The notes beneath the pieces were generated by a model, which saw nothing but the letters and a program-made list of their open reading frames with translations, searched no databases and had not been told where the DNA came from. From the NCBI RefSeq assembly GCF_009914755.1, contig NC_060928.1: 64,000 bases of DNA; one strand, 5' to 3'. Both the position numbers and the translations under genes were made by a program. Below are positions 46,909 through 60,449 of this stretch, one piece after another. How positions within the stretch are numbered: position 1 is the stretch's first letter; every line of letters begins with the position of its first letter. The DNA is from the human T2T-CHM13v2.0 reference genome, Homo sapiens.

Positions 46909-47347
46909 GTGGTGGTGGTTGGGCTGGAGAGCAGTGGCACAGTCATGGCCCACTGCAGCCTCAACCTCCCAGGCTCAAAGTGATCCTTCTGCCTCATCTT
47001 CCTGAGTAGCAGGGACTAGAGGTGCACAGCATCATGCCTGAACAAATTTTTTGTTTTTTCATAGAGACAGGCTCTCACTATGTTACCCAGGCTGGTCTCG
47101 AACTCCTGAGCTCGAGTGATCCTCCCACCTCAGCCTTCCAAAATGTTGGGATTACAGGCATGAGCCACTGCTCCTAGCCCATATGAATTTTAAAATAGTT
47201 TTTCTAATTCTGTAAAGAATGTCATTGGTAGTTTTTAGAAATAGCATTGCATCTGTAAATTTCTTTGAACTGTATGGCCATTTAACGATATTGATTCTTC
47301 CTATCCATGTGCATGGAACGTTTTTCCATTTGTTTGTGTCATTTCTA
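45385..47347 (-). mobile_element. L1PA15/16-like 3' segment of a 5'-inverted L1
   Basis: 3'UTR 'ggggtttggtgtacagattattttgtcacccagg'; ORF2 C-terminal 'LFTIAKTWNQPKCPS' (45670-45855). Confidence 0.9.
46859..47179 (-). mobile_element. AluJ with a 49-nt pure T tract, inside the L1
   Basis: J-type 'cactgcagcctcaacctcccaggctcaa' and 'gaactcctgagctc'; TSD ccatgtgaatttt / ccatatgaatttt. Confidence 0.9.
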
Positions 47348-48568
47348 AGGAATAAAAAAAGAGAGAAGATCCAAATAAATACAATCAAAAATGACAAAAG
47401 GGACATTACCACCCACTCCACAGAAATACAAGAGAAAAAAGAAAAGTTCAGAGACTACTATAAACACTTCTATACACACAAGCTAGAAAACCTAGAAGAA
47501 ATGGATAAATTCCTGGAACATACAGCCAGAAAAAAATTGAATTCCTCAGCAGACCAATAATGAGCTCCAAAATTAAATCAGTAATAAAAAGCCTGCCAAT
47601 CAAAAACAGCCTAGGACCAGAAAGATTCACAGCTGAATTCTACCAGATATATATAAAGGAGGGCCAGTATCATTCCTACTGAAACTCTTCCAAAAAATGG
47701 AAGACGAACTCCTCCCCAACTCATTCTATAAGACCAGCATTATCCTGACACCAAGACCTGGCAGAGTCACAAAAACAAAAAAAAAAAACTTTAGACCAAT
47801 ATCTATCATGAACATCAATGCAGTAATCTTCAACAAAAAACTAGCAAATTGAAACCAGCAGCACATCAAAAAGCAAATCCACCACTATCAAGTCAGCTTC
47901 TATCCCTGAAATGCAAGGTTGGTTCAACATATGAAAATCAATAAACGTGGTTCATCACATAAACAGAACTAAAAACAAAATCCACACAATTATCTCAATA
48001 GACGCAGAAAAGGTTTTCAATAAAATTCAGCAGGGTTGCATGTTAAAAACTCTTAGCAAACAAGAAAATGAAAGAACATACTTCAAAATAATAAGAGTAA
48101 TAATAACAATAATAATCTATGACCAACCTACAGCCAACATCATACTGATTGAAGCAAAATCTGGAAGCATTCCCCTTGAAAACTGGAACAAGACAAGGAT
48201 GGCTTCTCTCACCACTGCTAGCTAGAGCACTCAGGCAAGAGAAAGAAATAAAAAACATCAAAATAAGAAGAGAATAAGTCAAACTATCCCTGTTTGCAGA
48301 CAACATGATTCTATAACTAAAAAACTCCATAGTTTCTGTCCAGTAGTTTCTTGACTTGATGCACTACTTCAGCAAAATTTCAGGATACAAAATCAATGTA
48401 CAAAAATCAGTACCATTCCTATACACCAACAACATCCAAGCTAAGAGTCAAATAAAAAATGCAGTCCCATTCACAATAGCTATAAAAGGAATCAAATACC
48501 TTGGAATACAGATAACAAAGGAGGTGAAAAATCTCCACAATGAGAACTACAAAACACTATTCAAAGAC
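47348..48568 (+). mobile_element. Inverted 5' segment of the same L1 (ORF2 Z/RT region)
   Basis: Plus-strand ORF2 remnants '[18 protein letters not shown]', '[26 protein letters not shown]', '[14 protein letters not shown]'. Confidence 0.92.
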
Positions 48569-48949
48569 ATGAGTCCTTATCATGAATACACAAAATAAAT
48601 ACTCTGTCTAGAATGACTGTAAAAAAATAAAGATCACCATAGCACATTATGGTAGTTTATCTTCAATGTGAAATCAGAAAATAGATAATTATTTCTTTGG
48701 GAATCCCCTTACAAGGTTTACAGGAGGATAAATTAATTATTTAGTTTCATGCTGTTATGTTGTTTTACAACACATAATTGTCAAATAGACACTATTGTTT
48801 TCAGCAGAAATCATCCATCATTGTCCCCCCAGCTCTAACCAATACATTTATTCTTTATAACTTAGATGCTAATTTACATTATTTCCCAATTTTCCCTGAA
48901 TAATTATTCAAAATCATCATTGAAATCTAGAAGGATAATTAATTTTTAA

Positions 48950-49720
48950 ACTATTTAAACAGCAACAGCAATTTAGAACAAGTTAGTTGCCACAGCAATT
49001 CTTGCCACTAGGGACTAGACTCCAAAATGACCCCATATGCCATCAAATAAATTGCATAAAGATATGAGCCCAAAATAAGTTGCTCTTGACCTTAAATGTG
49101 TGAACAATTTTGCATATCCATAATTGTCAATATGGCACCATTCAGGATACACTAGAATATCTGGGCAGAGAGCCAATCAGCCTTATGTTCAGTGATATGT
49201 GAGCCAGTTGGACATCTGACAGGTGCATTGTGGTGGTTAACTGCTGCCATCCACACTCTTTAACCCTCCAGTGACTCTGTTGTTCTGAGATGATTCCCAA
49301 GGGAATAGGCCATGACACAGATGAGTAAAGCATAACATGCATACCTTATAGTGATGAGGGCACCAGTAAGGCCCAAAGATAATAGCTAAAAAAGTACTAA
49401 TAATCCAACTCTGTAGGCTCTCATTCATGCTCACTTATGGAAGAAGGCTATTCCCTAATTATCCCTTTAAATAGAGGTAACTAGAAGTTCATCCAAAGGT
49501 TTCCACTCTAGGAAATTAGAGAGTAGTACTGATGTGGATTTCATGCTGGATCAAGGTTACAGCATAGGCTCTATTGCTAAAAGTTTTCTTAAATTTTTAG
49601 GCCTTCTGAAGTCAAGTAAAGTACTATGCTATATATCTTCTTGAGCTATCACTCCTCCCAGAGATATTTTACTGGAAGATGCCCAAATGATTAGATTAGC
49701 CTTTTTCAAAAGTCAGTATG
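48950..49720 (-). mobile_element. Possible ancient LTR-retroelement pol (RT/RNase H) relic
   Basis: One minus frame gives 'YYLWALL', similar to the LLA.YWAL motif; otherwise too diverged to assign. Confidence 0.3.
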
Positions 49721-50861
49721 ACTGTTAAAAGTCATATACTCACTGAGCCTCTAAAGGCAAAAATATTATTTAAAGTTCTTGAATAGACAATGACTTGAAT
49801 ATATTTTGTCTAATAGAAGGATTCATTTTCAACTCTAGATGCAAAAAAATTCCCTTTAAACAACATGTTAACAGATTAGCAATATAATCCATTGGAGAGA
49901 TTGTCGGGAAATACATATTTATATACTGCTGAAGAAAATATTTCTATATACAACATCTATGAAAAGTAAATTTGGAATACCTGAAAAAAACAGCAACCCT
50001 TCTTTTAAGGCTATCCAGGCAAAATTCTAAAGTGGCATATGCAAAAGGCTATATGTTTTTGTCCAGTTTGTCCATAAAAGAGTAAATAATAAAAATGTTC
50101 ATCTACAGGGGACTGGTTTAATAAACTATGGTATATCCGTGGAGTGAAGTACTATATATCACTAAAAAGAATGAGAAATATTTTTCTAGATGATTATAAG
50201 TTAATTTTTAAAAAATATTTTAAAGGTGCCGACTAATGTTATTACTATGCTACCTTTCGTTTCTGAAAGGGGGTAACATGCATATATAAAATGATGTAAA
50301 TATATACACGTGTACATATATATATAAGAAATATTCTTATTTTATAAATGTAAGTAAAAACAAAAAAACTAGTGAAAAGTGTTATGTACACCATAGAAAC
50401 ATCAGAAAAAGGGAAATTACCAAACAATACACTTCTCTGTATGTAATTTCTCTTATGGATTACAATTTAGAGCCTTCTAATTATTTTGTATAATTATAAA
50501 ATAAAATTCAGCTTAAATTAATAAAACAACCCTAAAAAACAGCAAAAAATAAATAAAACTAAACTAAATTATATATCAATTTGATGGCTTAACTATGCAA
50601 GAATAGTTTTGAATTACCTTAAAACATGGTAATTTGACTGTACTTTTTTTCTTTTTAAAAGCTTTTAAAAGTATTTCTTTATGTAAATTATAACTTTAAA
50701 AACACTGCACATTTATGACCTACACAAGTATTACAAGGCATTGACAATAACCTAGGGAAAAAATAAACCATTTGGAAGTAGCAGCAACAGTGAAACTGAA
50801 GCTAATGATACATTGATGATTTCCCTAAGGCACAAGAGAATCTTGAAAGAATGTGCAGTCA

Positions 50862-51670
<809 letters not shown>

Positions 51671-52499
51671 GATAAAAAAGTGCAGCCAGCCACTCAGGCT
51701 GTGTAACATGGACTGGTCTGGCAGACATGTTGGGGATTTTTCTCAGATGTTGTTATGTATGACTTGACTGTACATCTTTCCTGGGATATATCAAGGTTAA
51801 AAAGGAGCTGAAATAAAATATTAAACAGCATTTGTTGATCATGTTAATACTAATAATATTAGTACTATTATTTTGAAGATTTATATGTAGATAGACAAAT
51901 AGGTAGAAAATAAGCAATTATATTAGTGTTCTTAGGAAAGAAGATTTTTCAGAGTAATAACTAAGAGTGAAAAAAACAAAAGACAAAGAAATCCTTTACT
52001 GTTAATTTTTAATTTCAATTAGTGTACAAACTATGTGTGATTATTTTCTCTTATGCAATAAAATACATATTTTCTAACTGGTACACAGGAAAGGTCTGAA
52101 AGTAATGGTAAATCCAGATAAAGAGAATTCAGATTGTGGTCTCTAAATACCACTTCATAGTCAAATAAACCAAATCTTCTTGGAGAAATGACAGGTTTTC
52201 CCTGTGATAAGAACTGTACAATGTAAGCCTGGAAATATTTTTATACCAAATTGCAAAACAAAGAAACTATCAAAGGCTATAAAAATCCTATTGGAAGGTC
52301 ACAGTAAGAAAGTAAAGGGGCTTTACTAGTTTAAAACAGCATGATTTAAACATCAAATAATATAACTGCAATGAACATTGCAAAAATGTTAAAAACCCAT
52401 GAGTTCATAATAATCTGGAAAATCTCATTGATCACCACTGAAGCTTGCTTGGGAAAAAATGCATAATTCTGGAAACTGATGCTTAAGAGTAGACACTGA

Positions 52500-52851
<352 letters not shown>

Positions 52852-53254
52852 GCGAATGTATTTAATGGTAATCAAATAGTTAACGAAGAAAGCTTTTGTA
52901 TGGAATAACAGCTGATATCCACAGCAAAACTAATAATGTTGGACCATCACCATTTTTTGTCCCTTAATAAGATACTGGGCTATTGCTAATGACCTACAAT
53001 GACTGCTGAAACATTAAGTGAAAAGCTGATATAGAACTTTATATCTGAGGATTGCAAAAAGGAGAGATGACCAGACATCATTGTGCATCATAAGGTATTT
53101 CTAAAAAGTCAAAGTTGAATTTGATCAAGCCCTTCAATTTAATGCATTAATATAAAATAAAGGAAATAGAGGAATATGTTAAATGATATCATAGGGATGC
53201 AATTTAGCTCAAAAATTATATAAGATAAATGACATAATAATTATTTCTTGTTGA

Positions 53255-53563
<309 letters not shown>

Positions 53564-54363
53564 TAAAAGAAAGTCTTTAAAATGAGGAGATTGTATAGAT
53601 TAAAAGAGGCAAAGAGATATGCAAAACACATAAAATGTGTTTTCTTAATACTGCTATAAAAGAACAAAGTATTTAAAAACCTTTATGAGACAGTGGAGAC
53701 TTGCCAACATGAAGATATATTAGGTACTATCAATAAATTTTCCTTTTTTTTAAAAAAGGCATTTTTTGAGATGTATACTCATTTAAGGTTAAAATTTTAT
53801 GCCATCTACTTTTGCTTTCCAATAATGGAGCTGGTTGGAGAAGGAAACTTAGGTGTAATACTAGGCATGTCCATCACCATACTCCACCGAATGTGAAGGA
53901 AGGAGTCAGACAGATTCAGGCACTTCAGAAAACTCATGGATAAAGTGCTCAAATTGGAAAGGCTGGAATTATTTAGCATTAAAGCCATTCACTGTGTATT
54001 TTTAAATTATTTTTCTGATATATAAATACCATATGATCATGGCGGAGGAGCAAAAGTTATTCAAGAAATCAATTGGTGTTTGACTCTTAATATCAAGGCA
54101 GATTTTGAGTAAGGACACAAGCAAATATTAAAACTAGTAATAAGATCAAGAAGTAAAAAATAAATAGATCTCACACAGCATGGAGCGAGATGATATGGGA
54201 AATTTATGAACTCAAATAAAATAAAATAGGAACAGAAGAGAGAACATTGTCTTAATTATAGTACAAGTTCCCTTTAGTTAATAAAACATGGACAATTAAA
54301 TCATTTTGCCTTTCAGTCTATTCTTTATATTTCATACACTTCTTCACATTGTATTACACATGC

Positions 54364-54794
54364 TGTCTTAGTTCATTTTCTGTCACTCATTACAGAATAC
54401 CTAAAACTTGGTAATTTATAAAGAAAATAAATTAATTTTTTAGAGTTATATAGACCGGGAGGTCCAAGGTGAAGGGAGTGCCTCTGGTGAAGGCCTTGTT
54501 GCTGGTGAGGGCTTTCTGTGGCATCCCAATATGATGCAGAAGATCACATAGTGAGGAGGCTGAGTGTGCTAACATCTAGCTCAGGTCTATTTTTATCCTC
54601 TCACAAAGCCACAAGTTTCCCTCCCATGATAATCCATTAACCCTATAATCCATGAATCCATGAATGGATTAATCTGTTCATGAGGGAAGAGCCCTCATGA
54701 CCTAATCACCTTTTACAGGTCCCCTTCTCCATATTGCCACATTGGAGATTAAGTTTCAACATGAGTTCTGGAAGGAACAGTTAAACCATTGCAC
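54364..54794 (-). mobile_element. MST/MLT1A-type MaLR solo LTR
   Basis: 'tgtcttagttcatttt...ggtaatttataaagaaaa' ... 'gagccctcatgacctaatcacc' ... 'tttcaacatgagtt'. Confidence 0.85.
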
Positions 54795-56309
54795 ATTTCA
54801 TGTAACTACACTTACTATTTTCACTACAAACTATGAATTATACCACTGTGAACAAATTGCATCATTATTTTAGTAATAATTTCTAAAAAGAACAACAAAG
54901 TAGTTTAGAAAAAAACTGCATCTGTGTAAATGTCCTCTCTGCTTTGTGGTGAGAGAAGCAGAGACACGAGAAGCTGGATGTCTTAAGTCTTGTTACATGT
55001 AGTACAGTGACAAGACATTTCACGGTATAGTACTAGCCAGATTTGCTATAATTTAACTGCAAAGTACTAAGATTCTTTCACAAGAGCATACTTAAAAAGC
55101 TTCTTAAAAATTTTAAAGGGTTGGGTTTATTTTGAACTAAATCTAACATTATTAGAGGTTAACATTGAAGCAGGCTTCATTCTTGAAAGTTCAATTAATT
55201 CCTAAGGATTGTCATACCTTAGAAATATAGCAGTGACTATAAGAACAAACTCTTCACTTTCTTTGCCCTATCCCCTGACACTTACAGACACTAAGATCCT
55301 CACAAGAGGTAATTTCAAAGTTAAAAAGAGATTCTCCTAACTAAGTCTAGGTATAGGTTCTGGAGAAAGTTCAATTATTCTGTAGAAGAAATTGGGAGAG
55401 TTTTATTATTTTGTGCTAAATATTGCTTTTACAAAAATATATAAAAAAGAATAAACCAAGAAATGAGTTTTAATTCAATAGGATTAACTACCTGAAACAT
55501 TCAATTTGGTTATTGATATTAATTTTCTTCCTGATAATTTGTTGGCATAAATTGAAAAATACCTAAAGAATGACAAACCGGAAATATAACTGAAAGAAAT
55601 CAGCTTAGGAACTATTAAAAATGCATAAACACTATTCTAAGTATCTGATGCTTAAAATAGTAATTAATAAATTGCCCAGGCAAAACTTTGCAACAATCTT
55701 CAAAGTCTGTCAAAACTCTTCAACAACAATATGTATCATAACAAATTTGAAAAAAGAGTATGTAGAGATGAGTTTTTAGTAGGTATATAAATACAAGTAT
55801 GGAAACTATGCTATTTAGATGTTGTGATTTATTATTTTTGTTTTTAATTAATTTGCAGAGCTTTCTTTTCATTCACTTGAGTGTATTCTCTGATAAGAAG
55901 TGACTGCTATACAGTCCACTATGATTTTCCTCACTACCAATTTTAAACAGTATAGTTGCTTTATTAATATTAATAAATATTAATTTATTTAGTATTAATT
56001 AATATGACAATAGAGTATTTAGTTGGCCTGCATTTTATGACTGAAAGCAAATGTAATTACCACTCCAAAGATGCCAAGAAAGCTTCAAATCTAATCCCAG
56101 GTGTAAGAGGAAGAAGCAACTATAAAAACCTAAAGAAAAACCGGCAGAAGCATTTAAAATTCTTTTTTTCTTATAGAGTAATCATTCTGATTGCTTAAGT
56201 ATTACTTTAACTGTAAAATATATTTTTGACATATTATTAATCAAAGTTCTTGAGAAAAGTAGAGGGAAAAATCTTACATATGACAGCTGCTCAACGTTTG
56301 AAGATATCA

Positions 56310-56660
56310 ATTATATTTGTCCCTCAGGCTTTTACAAGCTGAACATTCCAAGTTCCTTCAAGTGTTTCATATGTCACACTTACATATTCTCATGTCATTC
56401 TCTAGCCCTCTAAAAATATGACTAGAGCTGGACTCACGTTGCCAATGTGATCTGACTGGCACGTTTGGAACACCACTCCTCTATTTAACCTTTTCATTTT
56501 TAATGCATCCTATTCAGTTTTTTTGTCACCTAATCCCTTAATAGCCATAGTGACTTCACTGAATTTGTGACCAACTGAATTCTTTAAAATTTTTCACAGT
56601 AGTTGTTCTTAGATGCTCTGCTCTGCATTTATGTACAAAATTTTAATAAAGCGGCAATTT
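56310..56660 (-). mobile_element. L3/CR1 LINE fragment
   Basis: 'agctgaacattccaagttccttcaagtgtttcatatg' and 'atgtgatctgactgg' resemble CR1 antisense. Confidence 0.5.
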
Positions 56661-56924
56661 TTATTTATTCCAAACAAGAATTTATTCAATAAGCATCTAC
56701 TGAATACAAGCTATATTACCAGTACTATGTCAGGCACTGGAGAGGCAGAGGTAAACACATCGACACCCTCTGCCACTTTATTAATTGCTTTCAAATAGAT
56801 AAAGCACAGAAAAAGACAAAAATTTATAAAAACCACAAAAATACATTTTACTAGTATACTGCACATGTTGATAAACAAGCAAACGATGCTTTGAAAGAAA
56901 TGTAATTGGTGAGACACCCAATTT

Positions 56925-57898
56925 GTTTATTTTCTTTATATATAGTTTTTATTTCAATAGCTTTTGGGGTACAAGTGGTTTTTGATTACCTGGATTAATT
57001 TTATAGTGGTGAAATATGAGATTTTAGTGCACCCATCACACAAGTAGTATACATTGTGACTCAACATGTAGTTTTTTTAATCCATCACCCCTTTCCACCC
57101 TCCCCCATTCTGAGTTTCCAATGTCCATTACACCACTCTGTATGTCCATGCATACCCATAGCTTAGCTTCTACTTCTAAGTGAGAACATACAATATTTGG
57201 ATTTCCATTTTTGAGTTGCTTCACTTAGAATAATGATCTCCAACTCTATCCAAGTTGCTGCAGAAGACATTATTTCATTTTTTTTATGGCTGAGTAAAAG
57301 TCCACATTTTTTATCCCCTCATCAGTTGATGGGCACTTAGTTTTGTTCCATTACTTTGCTAATGTGAATTGTGCTGTGATAAACATACACAGGTGTCTTT
57401 CTCATATAATGACTTCTTTTCCTTTGGATAGATACCCAGTAGTAGTATTGCTAAATAGAATAGTAGATCTAATTTTAGTTCTTTGAGATATCTCCATACT
57501 GTTTTCCATAGAAGTTGTACTAATTTACATTCCTGCCAGGAATGTATAAGGATTCCCTTTTCACCACATCCACACAACATCTGTTGTCTTCTGATATTTA
57601 ATAATGGCTATTATTGCAGGGGTAAGGGGGTATTTTATTGTGGTTTTTATTGGCATTTCTCAGAAGATTAGCAATGTTTAGCATTGTTTCATATGTTTGT
57701 TGGCCATTTGTAAATATTCTCTTAAGAATTGTCTATTCATGTCATTTGTCCACTTTTTAATGGGATTATGTTTTTTTTCTGCTGATTTTTTTTTTGAGCT
57801 CCTTGTAGATTCTGGATCCTTTGCAAATGTATAGTTTGCAAATACTTTCTCACATTCTGTGAATTGTCTGTTTACCCTGATGATTTTTTCTTTTGCTG
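56925..57898 (-). mobile_element. 5'-truncated L1PB-like element
   Basis: 'tttatttcaatagcttttggggtacaagtgg'; ORF2 C-terminal '[26 protein letters not shown]'; perfect 14-bp TSD gagacacccaattt at 56911-56924 and 57899-57912. Confidence 0.93.
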
Positions 57899-58239
57899 GA
57901 GACACCCAATTTAAATGTGTTACTTAGGGAATCACATTTTTGCAATATTTAGTTACTAATTTACTTATCCTGACTTTAATGTCCTAAATGATCTAACTCT
58001 TGTCTGTCTCCTCTGCCTTATCTAACAGCCCTTTTTCCTATCTAAGCTATAGCCCTACTGATAGTCCACCGGGTTCTCAAATTCTCAAGCTCTTTACTTC
58101 ATACATTTAGCTGCAATGTTATAATATTTACTTTAAAACATTTACCAAATGAGATCTACTTTTGTGACTGTGTCAGAATTAAAAACATTTATAAATTTAT
58201 TGAAAATTTTTATATAAAGAAGAGAAGTTTATATTTCCT

Positions 58240-58660
58240 TGTCTTGAATCTGAGGGATACTGTCTGTTTTGATCAATAAAATGTGGCAAAAGTGAATGCA
58301 AGTTTCCAGACATTAGCTTTAATAGACTACCTTGCACTACAGATCTTCTTGAACACTCTCGTAGTCTTAAATGGCTATATTCAAGTACCTTGCTAGAGAG
58401 GAAATCCAAAAATTATGCCAAAAGAAAAAATGGGCTGGCTAAGGCAGTCCTTCCCCCACTGAGACACCAGCCTCTAGACTAGGTCAGCCAGAACTCAATG
58501 TCATTGAGCAACTCCAATTCATGCATGTGGCAGAAAATGATAGGCCAGCCAAGGACTGCCTCAATTTCCAATCCACATAATCATGAGGTGTTTTTAAATG
58601 GTTATTGTTTTAAGTTCCTAAAAGTTAGAACATTTGTAATTCAGTAATAGATACCCAGAG
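58240..58660 (+). mobile_element. MLT1H/I-like MaLR LTR
   Basis: 'ttgaatctgag...ttttgatcaataaaatgtggcaaaagtga', end 'tggttattgttttaag...tttgtaattcagtaatagatac'. Confidence 0.65.
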
Positions 58661-58664
58661 CAAA

Positions 58665-59960
58665 AGTGGAGGATGGAGCTTTCACTCAAGAGGAAATGTT
58701 ATGTACCAAAGTTTAATACTAGGAAAGAGCTTGGCATTTTGAGAAGCACACGACCACCTGTGCTATAGCTTACCTAGGGGAAAGGGCTGCTAGAAAAGGC
58801 AGATGAGATAGGAAAGAGTTAGCTCATTTAGGTCATTAAGGTCAGGGTAAGTTGAATGGAATGTATTCCAAGTGCTATGGGGAATAACTGTGCATACAGA
58901 AGAGCTTTCTAACTGTAGATACAGTTTGAGATAGAGGAAATTAAGAGTGACTATATGCAAACAGCAAGGAGACTATCATAGTAGTCCAGTAAAAAGTATG
59001 AGTATGATGATAGCAATGGAAACGAAGGGAAATGTTTGTATTTGAGATATATTGTTGAGTTTAATAAACAAGACTTGCATTCACACATAAATTGGATGTG
59101 AGAGATGACAGAAAAGGAAGCAGTGATTACACTGAGCAGAATGATGCCACTTATTAGCCGGTAAAATTAGAATTAGAAAACATGTTCAAAAAAGAGTGAA
59201 CTCAAGAGATCTATTTTTGGACTTTACTGTGATTCTTGCATTCAAGTAGAATATCTTACAGTGACATGGCAATAAAAGAGTGGTGTTCTTTGATTAATCT
59301 AGACAAAGGATTTATATTCAGTAAGATCTAGGCAAGAAATTTGTATTAGGAAGTAATGAAAAATCAACTGGAAGACAAATGTCCACAAATAATTTACATG
59401 TCCTAGGAAATGAGTATACAGAAAAAAGAGAAAGGGCCAAGAAACAAACTCCAGGGTATTTTGAAGTTAAGAGTATAGACAGAGGAGGAGAATGTAGCAA
59501 AGTAAACTGAAAATTTGTGAACAGTGAAGTGAGAGCAAAACTAAGATTGATGATATAAAAGGCAAGACTTGTATTTCCAAAAGAGAATTGAAAGAAGGTG
59601 AAATATCTGAAATAAAAATAAAAATGTGCTTATTGCATTTGTCAACATTAAAGATGGTATTTTGATACCAATAAATAAGTTGTAGAGAAGGTTGTAAAAG
59701 TCAGACACTAGTTACAGGAAGATTAATTGGGTATTGAGTCATTTCACACAAGTGTAAATATCTCTTGGTTTTGAAGGGAAAAGGAGAAATGTCACAGTAT
59801 TTAGATATGAGGTTGAGGATTTGTTTTTGTATCTTTTTAACAGGAGTGGGTAGTGGACATTTTCATGCTAAGTGTGGTCCTGCATTAGAAAATGCAATAT
59901 TGCTGAAGAATAGAAGTGAAATTATTGGAGTAATAAAATTATCAAGATGGTAGAACAGTA
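58665..59960 (-). mobile_element. L2 LINE fragment
   Basis: Purine-rich L2 antisense motifs 'ggaaagagcttggcattttgagaa', 'ggagactatcatagtagtccag', 'aaattggatgtgagagatga'. Confidence 0.6.
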
Positions 59961-60449
59961 GAATCTATAGCATACATAAAGTCATTGAACATAATATGAT
60001 TTCTCCATTGAAACAAAATAAGATAAAATAAGATAAAAGAAAAATAAAAGAAGTAGATGGTTACAAGCTTAGGGAATTTGATTGATTGTCTGATTGGCCA
60101 ATTACAGGTAGGCAGAAGAGAAGTTCATTTTGATGATTTTCTAGTTTTTCAAGGAAGGAAAAGGGAAAATCATCTGTCAAGATTGAAGGTAGAAGAAAAA
60201 TGTAGAAGATTTAGTGTCTACACATCAAAGGTGTCCATGTTCTTCACTGAGATTAGAATAACATTCTAATTAGGATCGACAATACCACTTCATGTCATTT
60301 TTTCAATTCTGATAAATCTTGTATGTAAGCTTTACCTCTATTTTTATATTATGTTTTCCTAAGCAAAGGTAATAATACGTCTTTATCAAAATCTTGATAG
60401 ATACATTAAGAAACAGGCCAAGGTCAGAAAGGTGTGGTGATATTCCACA

